A DNA stretch of 63,051 nucleotides, filler included, from Perkinsus chesapeaki ATCC PRA-425 (taxonomy: Eukaryota > Protista > Perkinsozoa): NCBI GenBank assembly GCA_013115145.1. It is 4 parts of 4 records of this genome, joined end to end, with 100 filler letters (N's around TTAATTAATTAA, not from the genome) between each part and the next. Parts side by side here need not be neighbours in the genome. Positions count along the whole stretch, not along the records: positions 1 to 28,670 come from JAAPAO010000467.1; 3 more parts are not named here. One strand, 5' to 3'. The position numbers were made by a program, and so were the translations under genes. Each line of letters begins with the position of its first letter. The first letter of the stretch is position 1. Positions 1 to 10,426 of the stretch are shown in pieces. The notes beneath the pieces are model-generated. The model was not told where the DNA came from and did not search any database. It saw nothing but the letters and a program-made list of their open reading frames with translations.

Positions 1-71
1 GCGCTCGTAGTGTAACGGTATCATACAAGCTTCCCATGCTTGTGACCCGGGTTCGACTCTCGGCGGGCGCA
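1..71 (+). tRNA. tRNA-Gly(CCC), copy 1
   Basis: Full cloverleaf: acceptor GCGCTCG/CGGGCGC-A, anticodon arm CAAGC-TTCCCAT-GCTTG, T-arm CCGGG-TTCGACT-CTCGG. Resembles canonical eukaryotic Gly-CCC. Confidence 0.95.
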
Positions 72-183
72 GTCTTTAAGTCACAAACATACACTTTCTA
101 GTCCACTATTCTGGTAGCATTTGCTCCCGTTACTCATCCCCATGGGTAATCGCGAGCTGCTAAAGAGTAATGTACACCAGGCA

Positions 184-254
184 GCGCTCGTAGTGTAACG
201 GTATCATACAAGCTTCCCATGCTTGTGACCCGGGTTCGACTCCCGGCGGGCGCA
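184..254 (+). tRNA. tRNA-Gly(CCC), copy 2
   Basis: Same as copy 1, with a fully Watson-Crick T-stem (CCGGG/CCCGG). Confidence 0.95.
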
Positions 255-366
255 GTCTTTAAGTCACAAACATACACTTTCTAATCCACTATTCTGGTAG
301 CATTTGCTCCCGTTACCCATCCCCATGGGTAATCGCGAGCTGCTAAAGAGTAAAGTATACCAGAAA

Positions 367-437
367 GCGCTCGTAGTGTAACGGTATCATACAAGCTTCC
401 CATGCTTGTGACCCGGGTTCGACTCCCGGCGCACGCA
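367..437 (+). tRNA. tRNA-Gly(CCC), copy 3, with two acceptor-stem mismatches (possibly non-functional)
   Basis: The 3' acceptor strand is CGCACGC instead of CGGGCGC, giving C-A and T-C mismatches. The rest is intact. Confidence 0.8.
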
Positions 438-549
438 GTCTTTGGGTCACAAACATACACTTTCTAATCCACTATTCTGGTAACATTTGTTGCCTCTAAT
501 CATACCCATGAGTATACGGGAGCTGTTAGACAGTAGAATACGCTAGAAA

Positions 550-575
550 GCGCTCATAGTGTAACGGTATCATAC
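550..575 (+). pseudogene. Truncated 5' fragment of tRNA-Gly (copy 4)
   Basis: GCGCTCATAGTGTAACGGTATCATAC starts exactly 183 nt after copy 3, then similarity stops abruptly. Confidence 0.85.
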
Positions 576-957
576 CTGATCCTGCATATTCTCATGTCAG
601 ACGTCAAGAGCAGAGAGTCGCCCATGCCCCTCAACGAATCCCTTCCCCCTTCCGGCTTCCACACCCTAAGTGATGCCGCACACTGGCTTGTATACTCAAC
701 ATATTTTCACATCTAAGAATCAGTCGTTCCAGACTCTGTCGATTGTTTATTCGAACCGTCTTTCGATGTCGTCTTATCTTTGATCTTCAAATCGCTTACC
801 TTGTACTTCTCCGCAATTTCACCCGAGCGCAGAATATAGCGTTCCAAAGGAGTATATCTAAGATAGCAGAGAGCATTCAAATCAGACTACGTTAGTCGGA
901 CTGCCACCCGTAAGAATGCCGGCAATGCCCAACTACACCGAGGTGAAGGAGTTGAAC

Positions 958-1452
958 CTACCCCGCTTGAAGCGCTGCTTCCTGCACCTTAGCTCTCTCC
1001 TCGGCTGTCTTCTCCATCACAGCGCGTTGCTTTGCGCGGTTCTCGTACTGCTTGTCGATGTCTTCCAGCGCTCGCTGACGAGTGAACTGGTTCACAGACG
1101 GGACCGCCACCATCCCATACCTTACCTTCCGCCGCTCTTCTCTCTCCCGGGCCCACCGCTCGTCCTCACTGGCTTCCGAGTCGCTATCACTTTCGAGCCT
1201 TGTCCGCCGCGCCTTCTTCGTATTACTTGTAGAAGATGCTTTTGCTGCAAAAGGTTTGTACAGTGCGGCGCGGACATTCCACCCTACCGATTTTCCGAGG
1301 AGCAGCATCCTTTGGAGTAGCACTTGCTTTCTGTTTCAATTGTTCAGCTTCTAGCATCGCGAAAGGGTCATTTTCGCCTTTGCACTTTTCAGGCGATGAC
1401 TTCTCTTTCTCAACCATGTGCAGTCGCACAAGTGTGGGCCGGCCGCACTGTG
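958..1452 (-). CDS. Hypothetical charged/coiled-coil protein (spliced, ends uncertain)
   Basis: Exon CGRPTLVRLHMVEKEK...PRKI joins in phase, through a GT-AG intron, to AKASSTSNTKK...ERWAREREERRKVRYG. No family recognised. Confidence 0.45.
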
Positions 1453-1832
1453 AAATAATCCCACCCACTTTGCAGAACGCAACTCTTCATCAAAACGAGT
1501 AACACACGTATAAATGCACGCAGTATGAACGTATGTCCGACAAGAATGATACTGAAGACTATGTACACATCGCAAATGACGATACAGGATATTTTCGAGG
1601 TTGATAATAGGAATATTGAACAACCGATTCGGTAGAGAATGAATTAAAAGATAGTACGGAACCGCAGGAGACGATAACGCTGCGACGAGTTAGTGAACTG
1701 ACGGAGATGATATATCCCCACAAGTAGTGGGCACGAAATTTCGAACGAAGTCTTGGTAGGCGTCGCCCGTTTCGATATCTCCGCCACTGAAACAGGAGAA
1801 AACTACAATAGCAACGTCGATGTGCTCCGAAC

Positions 1833-4740
1833 TTACGAGATTGGGAAGAGCCCGTTGCAGAATGAGCGATCGAAAGTTGATATCTCGCCGCCCGTGATGG
1901 CCTCGAGGAAATCCTTCCCGGTGACGTCGTCACTAGCAAAAAGAATCGGGCACTTGCAAAGTGAAACGGAAGCAGCCTTACACTTTTGTCACGGCAAATT
2001 CGAAAACCTCTCCTAGGCCCTTGGGGCCGCCCCATACTGGATCCAGCGAGTCGGTTATGACAGACGTCTGTTGCAAGCATTGACAGTTGCTAGCTGATGC
2101 CGCTGATCCCAACAGTGGGAACGAGAACCCAATCGCATCGCGGGGGGACTGAGAAATGTGATATGATTCCCTGGCACGTCCATCGAACTACCCACCCTGC
2201 GCTTGACAAATCAAACTAGCTCAATCCGACATTGATATACTTGCGAGAAATAAGAAGACATAATCCGCCATTCGTTTCGGGATAGCATCCCGAATGAATT
2301 TTTCGATCGACTGGGAGTTTCAGAATTCACCAATCCTATAACGCGTGTCCCACTCACCTTGCCGCTCCGTCTCTCGTCCTTAACACACTGAGGCATTCTT
2401 GAAGGATTCTCGATGGGTAAATCTGTGACGCCAACTGTGACAGCGGCGTCACAGCTGCCTATATAATCTTTAATCGGCAGGTTCCTGGCTTGCTCTACTC
2501 GCACCAGAAGGCCCTCTTTGAAGCGAGACCCCTCCGAGTACTCAATCTTCTTCAGGCTTACATAAAGCAGGGACGCGTCGCCGCGGGAATTCCTCGTCAA
2601 CGTTTTCTCATCTTCACAGTCAAGCAAGTATAAGACATAATTCGTGTACGTTTCAGCAGACAATTTTGACATCTCCACAGGGATCGCCACGCGCCCAACA
2701 AAATCGTTTTCCGTGATAGAGTCATAGTCCCAGACCTCAAAGACCACACTGCGCCACTCCACGGCGAGGTAACGATTATAGTAGACCCTTGCAGTCTCAT
2801 AAAAAAGTCGATGGGCTGCACAGAGGTAATGGCCCCAGTATTTGGTACGTCGATGTTGCTCTTCTTGACTCAACTTGCTGTTCTTTGTCGATGTGTTCAA
2901 TTCTGACCGACCCCAATCAAACAATACAACTTGTGTTTTCGGTGTGCCAAGCGCACTGAAGCCATCGGCGTCGAAACCGAGTGCGATGCTACTGCCAACC
3001 CACATTTGGGGGACGTTAACTTCGCTTAAAGCAGAGCATATTTTACATAATTTTTGCAAAATTTGTAGAAGTACGAGTTCAACATACTCCTCAGGTGAGC
3101 GCTCTTCACAGAGAGGTCCATCGGAGGAGTAAGCTTGACGCATATCGAGGAAGTAAGTGAGAAAGTCTTGTGCACTCAGTCGCTGGTATTGTAATCGACG
3201 AGCTTGACTTTTGTACATCTGAAAATGGAGTAGCTAAAAGGGCTGAGCCGAGAATCGAACCCGGGACCTCGCGCACCCGAAGCGCGAATCATACCACTAG
3301 ACCACACAGCCGAACGAAGACTTGTCAAAATCCATATCCTGGCTCCCCACCTTAAGAGCCGCACTGGGGTCCATACTCTCCAAACACCATGGAGCCCCAT
3401 CAAAACCTTCCAAGCGGAATCCTTCGACTTGCGAATTTGTGTGCTTGTCTATTCTATGGCCCCTCCACGCTCGGAACCGACTCTTCCCCTGAACAATCAG
3501 TCAAACTCATCTCCCTCCTTATCCATCTTCTCACTTGCCATCCAGCAACCGCCGTCACCTCTCCCATTTTAATGTCCAATAACCTCAAGCTCTTATATCC
3601 GTCATAAAGATTTCTCATCAATATCAAATCCCTCTCTTCTATCACCTCTCCTCCGCTTGTTTGCGAAGTTCCGCTGCCGTCCGAAATAGCACGGCCAGGC
3701 GATTTTATCGGGCATTTAACGCGGAGACGGCAAACTCCTGAACGAAGCTCATAACACCTCAGATGCCTCGGCTCCTCCCACCTGCGTATTCGAGCATGTA
3801 GTCGCTGATGGCCCACGATTGGGCTTTTAATTCACTTGCGTTCTCCAGCTTTCTCAATGCGTTAATTTCATCGTAAAAGTCAACTTCATCGGCGGCTCTT
3901 GAAAGATCCTTACCGATCCAATACTCAGGAGATCTGTAATAGAAATGTTATCCATAAGGCAAGCCTCGATGAAGGCCTCTATTGAACGAACAAAGTTCAG
4001 CAGCCGCTTTTACAGTCCAGTTTGACATAATTGCACCAACTCCTATAAAGAAAGTTCAATGGGCAAGAGTGCGTACTATGGCTCCTACTCTGCTCCACTG
4101 TAAAGCTCGACGGAAAGCTCTCCCGAGCTCCTCCCCGGATACCCCCACCATCCCGTCCCCATACTACCTGCCATCTCCGCAATTTGGACGATACTTGACC
4201 CTATAAAAGGCCGCTGTACCGCCCGACTGATGTATTGGTGATACTGGCTCCTCGAAAGGGTCCTTATCGACAAGCATCCTCAAGGAGACATCCTCTGCCG
4301 GAATACTGCCACCCCCTGCTAGCGCAGAGGTCCCTACGGCAGACGATACCTCGCGGACGGGAGAACCTGACCACGACCACCATCGTAGCAATTATTGCCT
4401 CCTAAATACACCGAGAACGCTAGGCATCGGAGACCGAAATCAGGGACAGTACTTTGACGTGATAAAACACCAGACGAATCAAAAAAACCTGGGCGTCAAG
4501 TCTATAGTTATGAGTAACTGTATAAGACTGAGGCAGCCAAGTCTCATATAGATAAGCGGTCCTCTTGAGATTTTAACAAAACGCACCCACCGTGGCATTC
4601 CCATCCAAGTGTAGCCCCGCTGAAACATCACCTGCCACTGCGAGCTGAGAGCTATCTCTCCTGCCGTCAGACCTGTCCATTGAAGCCGGCTCCTTTGTCA
4701 ACGAGGATGACGATGATGCACCGCAGCACACCCCTCCCAT
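1833..4740 (-). CDS. Inositol polyphosphate kinase-like domain plus two C2 domains, with N-terminal MGGVCC acylation motif
   Basis: Inferred exons give IPK-family motifs in order: HQSGGTAAF, DEVDFYDE, LILMRNL..GYKSLRLLDIKMG, TNSQVEGFRLEG, WVGSSIALGFD, VVLFDWG. These are followed by C2 motifs VVFEVWDYDSITENDFVGRV and LLVRVEQARNLPIKDYIGSCD...QTSVITDSLDPVW. The 3' end is tentative. Confidence 0.75.
3240..3311 (-). tRNA. tRNA-Pro(CGG), intact, inside an intron (3219-3350) of the IPK-C2 gene, same strand
   Basis: GGCTGTG-TG-GTCTAGTGGTATGATT-CGCGC-TTCGGGT-GCGCG-AGGTC-CCGGG-TTCGATT-CTCGG-CTCAGCC-C followed by TTTT. Flanking donor AAG|GTGGGG and acceptor TTTTCAG|ATG. Confidence 0.95.
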
Positions 4741-4838
4741 GTACAAAAATGATTCCTTCAAGGTCGGTACATCCCCCCCCCTATTACCAACAACACCAGT
4801 CACATAACTTCCAAAGGAAATACTAACATTTGCTTTCA

Positions 4839-5618
4839 TCACTTTTTGAGGTCCCTCAGAGGATTCTCCGGTGACTTCTGCCACTCCTTGAATATCTTGT
4901 CTTTGTACTGTGATCGCTTCAAGTTCGGATACTCCTCTTTCATCTCAGCCATCCGCCTCTCCTCAAATGCAGCATACAGAGCCTTAACCCTCTTCTCAGG
5001 ATGTCGATCCTCCCCCACGTCACCCTCACTCGCTAGAGCCCCAATTGCCTTATCGATACCACTGGCAGACACCACCTCAACACCTTTCTCCGCCTGGGCT
5101 CTAATAAGGTGGTTTATGTTCTCTTGTAACGGTACGTCCGTAACAACCTTTGGAGCGGCCGCTGCTGGCTTGTGGGACTTCTTTTTGGTTGGGGGCGCGG
5201 ACAGGCCCATGAGAGCGTGAGACTGGATGTCCCTCCTGCTGACCTTCTTCGAACCCGCCAGCTGCTTTTTAGATTTCCCCACATTCTTTAGGGCCTCCTC
5301 CTCGGCTTGCAACAGCTCCCTCTTTTCCTTATCCTTTTCAAGTTTCGCATCGTGTGCTTCTTCCTGAGATACCGCGTATCTTACCATGTTAACCTTAAGA
5401 TTCCCCTCACCTTGGCTCGAGCTCTCGCATCTTTCGCTGCCTTAGTCTTATCGTCGTCTCGCCAGAGAGCGTCTTCCTTTCGTTTTTGCTGAGAGCAGGT
5501 GTCCCCTAACCGACCTAAAGATACCTCCTACCTCCTCAGCATTCTTCTGTTCTTGCTGATCCTTCTTCCTCTCCCTAGCGGCTATTGCCTTTTCGTTACC
5601 ACCACCGAACTTACCCAT
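4839..5618 (-). CDS. CCDC124: CCDC124/Lso2-family ribosome-binding protein (3 exons)
   Basis: N-terminus MGKFGGGNEKAIAARERKK, then EDALWRDDDK, and C-terminus DRHPEKRVKALYAAFEERRMAEMKEEYPNLKRSQYKDKIFKEWQKSPENP. Confidence 0.9.
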
Positions 5619-5917
5619 TTTAACAAACTACCCTATCGATTCCAATCTTAAAGGATAATCGATCACCAGGGCGCGCGCTAAGTTCATTTGCCCCGCTTTC
5701 GTTGCCATCCTCACTAGAGCCGGCTGAGCTGAAGAGGTGGCGTCTATGAAGGGGTGCGGTTGAGTATATTCGCATGAGGAATAGATATAGGCTTTCTGGG
5801 AATCTGCTGTTATTGATCTGACAGAATTTTGAGGCGCAGTGACGATATCAGCAGTGGGTGGCTAATAGCGTTGGGTAAAGATACAAAATAGGTCAAGTTG
5901 GAAGCTTCCCTTTATCC

Positions 5918-8399
5918 ATGGCTACCAAAGACTATCAGGACCCCTGGTACTCTATATGGAGCTCCAACAATCGATATATAAATTCAATGATCGATAGAGT
6001 TGGCGGACAAGGTGTAATGAAGGCCCTTTTAATAGACAAGGACACCCTCCCGATTGTCAGCACTGTTTTAACTCAAACCGAAATACTCAACAAAGAAGTT
6101 TTTTTGGTACCACACTTCCCTCAGATCTTTGCTGGATATACCCCTTCCTTTCAGGTAGAGCCCCTAGAAGAGGCAATCGCCAACGAAGATGAGCCTGCGT
6201 CGAGCAGCATGCGCCACATGAAAGCTTGTATCTTTGTTCGACCCGCGAACCAGAACTTCCTAGCCCTCGCGAAGGTTCTAAGGCAGCCCATTTATAGCGA
6301 ATACCATCTCTGTAAGATACAAAAGAGGTCGGTTTGTTAACCTCCCGCGTATCTTTAGTTTTCTCAAACGTTGTTCCCCACAGTAGACTCTCCCAGCTTG
6401 CAGCCTGCGACGAGTACGAATGTGTCGCATCTGTCACCGAAGTGTAAGCCTCTTCGCCGTAGTCACTGCGCCCCAGATCTCTATCAGGTATGCCGACGTC
6501 ATTGCTCTGAACCCAGCTTTGTTCGCGTTAAACTCGCAATCGGTCGCTCAGCTTCACCGGGAACAAACCATGTGGACTGCTTTCGAGGAGAGTGTCTTCC
6601 AGCGCCAAGTTGATGGTATCTTCAGCGCGACCATCTCCCTAGGATGTCTCAAAAGAGGTATGTCTTCTACCATCTTCAACGTGATCCCTTCCTTCAGGTC
6701 GAGGCCCTGTCACCGCAGCCAGCTCCTCCGGGCTCACTCTCCCCGTGGTGCGGTATTCCTCGGCATCCCCATTGGCACGGAAGGTCGCCCTGGCCCTGCA
6801 GAAGCGGCTCGAACAAGACGAAAGCCTTTTCGAAAGTGTCGGGGGCTCCGCGGCAACGCCTGTGAACAGTGGAGGAGGAATGCTTGTACTGGTGGCCGAT
6901 CGAAGAGATGATCCCGTGACGCCTCTCTTAACCCAGTGGACCTATCAAGCCATGGTAGCAGCTTCGATGGTGATAATTATGCCACCGATCAGTGTTAGGT
7001 TCATGAGCTCCTTGGTCTGGAGAATAATCGTGTGATGCACCCTCTAGCGGTGGCAGGTGAGACAGCTGCAGGCTCATCGAAGGACGGCGGCGTCGAGGTG
7101 GTCCTCAGCACGGCCACCGACAAGTTCTTCCGGGACAATTACGTAAGTCGGTCGTGGTCGAGCTTAAGATTCTCCAACGCCCGAGTTCAGTTGAGCAACT
7201 TCGGAGATCTCGGAGTTCATATTAAAGAGTATGTGGAGATGTACCAGCAGCAGACCAAGAACCAAGCAAAGGTCGACAACGTCGAAGATATGCAAAGATT
7301 CTTGGACCAGTAAGAGGAGGAAAAGAAGGATGTCAGGTGCCGGGATCGAACCTGCGACCTCCTCAGATACCCGGAGTACCGCAAACTCAGCAGCAATGTG
7401 TCGAAGCACGTGGCGCTGGTTCACGAGATCTCTCGGATGGTAGAGAAGTACAATTTGATGGAATGCTCGGAGCTCGAGCAATCTCTTGCCTGTGATGACC
7501 ATATCAGTATGCATGAACAACTGAAAAGGGTTAAAGGTAATAAATACCGTCACCGGGAATCGAACTTGGGTCGTTATCAGCAATGATTGAGAATCCTCGC
7601 AACTCCAACTTGGAGCGTTTGAAGGTCTCGATTCTCTACGCCTTGCGCTTCGAGACCGACACCAGTGGCATACGTGAGCTCAAAGGCCTTTTGCAGCAGA
7701 AGGGTGTGCCTCCGGAGCAGGCAGGACCAATCCACCTTCCACCGTTGGTTACCGCATCTTTTAGGTCGGCCTCATTTCGACCATGCTGGACCATTTCGGC
7801 TCAGCGTCCCGTCTTCCTTATCCGTCGAGTTCCGGTGCAGCAGCGGCACTGGCACGCCGCTTGGGGTTCACCAGCGCTACCGACAACGTCTACACCCAAC
7901 ATCGATCACCGATTTCTATAACGGCAGAGCAAGCCATTAAAGGGAAAGTGAAGGAGCAGGATTATGTGACAGTGGTTGGCAGCAAGGGTCGAATCAACGG
8001 GGTTGAAAATATAAAGTAATAAAGGACGGTTTGGGGGTGAACATTGGCAACTTCAGGCCTTCGTTGGTGCTAGTGTTCATGGTCGGTGGCTGCACCTTTG
8101 AGGAGGCCAGGGATGTCGATGTCCTCAACGAGCAGTTCGTAGCTGCTTCGACAAATGGGCCATCTACGGACGCAAGGGGAACAGGCTCGCGGCCACCAGC
8201 TATAGTGCTGGGCGGGAGCACAGTCCACAACTCTAAGACGTAGGCCATCACCTCCACCCTGTCTTGGCGATACCTTCTCTTCAGTTTCCTGGCGGATGTT
8301 GCACAATTGTCGCGGTTACACGGCCCTACTAGCAGCGGGATCTTCGGCGGGCTTTCGTCACCGGTTGTCGGTGGGAGAAGCGGCGGTTTTGCTGAGTGA
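5918..8399 (+). CDS. VPS45: Sec1/Munc18-family vacuolar sorting protein VPS45 (multi-exon)
   Basis: MKALLIDKDTLPIVSTVLTQTEILNKEVFL, MRHMKACIFVRP, LLTQWTYQAM, YPEYRKLSSNVSKHV, ILYALRFE, VFMVGGCTFEEA, IVLGGSTVHNSKTFL. Confidence 0.93.
7331..7362 (-). pseudogene. tRNA 3'-half fragment, antisense, in the 57-nt VPS45 intron 7310-7366
   Basis: Minus strand reads GG-AGGTC-GCAGG-TTCGATC-CCGGC-ACCTGAC-A then TCCTTCTTTT, in exact tRNA 44-73 register. Confidence 0.75.
7545..7572 (-). pseudogene. tRNA 3'-half fragment, antisense, in the 44-nt VPS45 intron 7537-7580
   Basis: Minus strand reads GAC-CCAAG-TTCGATT-CCCGG-TGACGGT-A then TTTATT. Confidence 0.7.
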
Positions 8400-8670
8400 A
8401 TAATCTAGCCATTATTAACAACAATGAACATTTGTTTCTCACATTTGCTTTTTTGCACATGTACATTTTACTTGCAGATCCCCGTGGCCTTCGAGTTTCT
8501 GTCTAATACCAGCTGCAGCAGATCAGGATGAATCTGATTTTGCTTTCTGGTCTAAGGAAATTTCTTGATTATATTTCCGCATTGGAGCGCTTCGATCCTC
8601 GGGAAGTAGATGAATCTCTGCTTGCTAGTTTGTTATCGTAAAACTACTTTTTCTGCCCCCACCAGTATTG

Positions 8671-9234
8671 ATGGCGCCACATAAGAAGCAACAACAGCAG
8701 CAGCAGGCCGGTAACGCGGCGACGGCGGCGACCTCCGAGATGGTCAACGCTCGAACCAAGAACAAGGCCTTGAAGGAGCAGTTATCAAACCTCAATGTAA
8801 GTTGCCTGCCATCAGCTGGCACCATGGGGTGATACTGTTATGTTTCAGCGCATGACCAAGTCCGATGCTAAGCAGCTGGCTAGTCTCACAAAGGAGGTAG
8901 AGGATCTTCGTAATGCTGTGAAGGAACTGATGAAGTTGAGTAAGAGACCCGGTCAGAAGCCGACCAAGATGGAGGTAGCATCATCACTGGGTAGGAGGAG
9001 TACATCCACTGTGTTTCCTGTTAGTTGGACAAGGTCATCCCGGAGAGTGTTCGTGCGGAGGTCATCGACGCCGCCTATGCTCCGACGCGCTCGCCCAGTG
9101 AGGAGCGAGGCCGCCAACAACCGGCTGCTAATGGCAATAAGAATGGCCATAAGGCAGCTCCCTCCACCGGTGTCCGATCAACGCAGCCCCAGCAGCGTCA
9201 AGGGAACAACAAACGTGAGGAGGAGCTGATGTAA
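8671..9234 (+). CDS. Hypothetical coiled-coil protein (3 exons)
   Basis: MAPHKKQQQQQQ...KALKEQLSNLN|RMTKSDAKQLASLTKEVEDLRNAVKELMKL|LDKVIPESVRAEVIDAAY...EEELM*, with canonical splice sites. Confidence 0.55.
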
Positions 9235-10368
9235 AGCTTGATTTGATATCACTTGTGGGCATGGCAGGTTACAACAGCTCGAAGGTTGTAGCGGAGAATC
9301 AGCTTAAGAATATGTTGGGCATGCCACCAGCTCCCCCGAGGCAGCGCACTCAACCACAGGGCAAGAGGAATGCTGAGAAGCAAGCTAAACAAGGGGCACC
9401 GGATAACGAGTGAGTGACCCAGCGTTGTATTGTGTCCAACTGGATGCGATCGTTTCAGACTTGCACAGTCCATCCGAGAGAAACTTCGCCGTGCTAATAC
9501 AAAGGAGGAGGTCCGCGCTGCTACCAATATGGCAAGAGCTGTGGGGATGACGTACGAGGCCGGCCTCGGTGACAAGAAGTTGAGCACTATGGCTTAAGAA
9601 GCTGTCTAGCGGCGGCGGTTGTTGTCATCGTAGTCAATGACATCACCACTATTGAAGTTTATTCTGGCTCGCCTGGCCGACACTTTGCGGTGAATGAGCC
9701 ATAGTGGATGGATTGGTGATGTTAGCGATAACCACTACCAGGAAATAGTAGTTCCCTCCTATTCGTATTGATGGAAGCATTTTCTAGTCTATCTTATGTG
9801 GCGTTGTGTAGTTGGTTTATTAGAGCAAAAGGAGAGGCATAAAGCATAAAGGGGGAGGCGGTGATTGACCGAAACACTGTTGCAAACGCAACAACACTAC
9901 CGATGGTTACAAACTAGATGAGCAACGGTGAGAAGCAACCGTCACATGAAGTTCCGTTAAAGTATATCCCACATACTAAATGTAGTTGGTAGTATTAGCT
10001 TGTAATGCGATACTACTGTTACAATGCTTATCCGGACACATTACGGGCACCAACAGTAAGAGAAGAAGTACGACTCAGGGCTACATTGACAAGTCTTCTC
10101 ACAACCGGAACACGGGCTGTTCAGCTTTCTCAAATAAGATGGTTTATCTGGAATGTCACTCGACCCGATGAGGGCGATAATAGTGCAGATGAGGAGGAGG
10201 AAGATGTACTTGAACATCGTCAAAGGAGCTAACTGCGAAGGGAAACTTAATAGCTCAAAAATTGAGACCACTAGTTGAAAGTCCGACTTCGATTGAATAG
10301 TTGTACGTATTCAGCGCACAGTGCCACATGGCGCCTGGCGCCGACTTTGCGCCAGATGGGTGACATAC

Positions 10369-10426
10369 AAATTAGAATTTCCATTATCAGTTTCGCTAAA
10401 TTAGAATTTCCATTATCAGTTTCGCT
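10369..10426. repeat. Perfect 29-bp tandem duplication
   Basis: AAATTAGAATTTCCATTATCAGTTTCGCT occurs twice in a row. Confidence 0.9.

Larger units (their letters stand above)
1..575 (+). repeat. Tandem array of 183-bp tRNA-Gly units
   Basis: Units start at 1, 184, 367 and 550. Spacers 1 and 2 are nearly identical; spacer 3 is more diverged. Confidence 0.95.
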
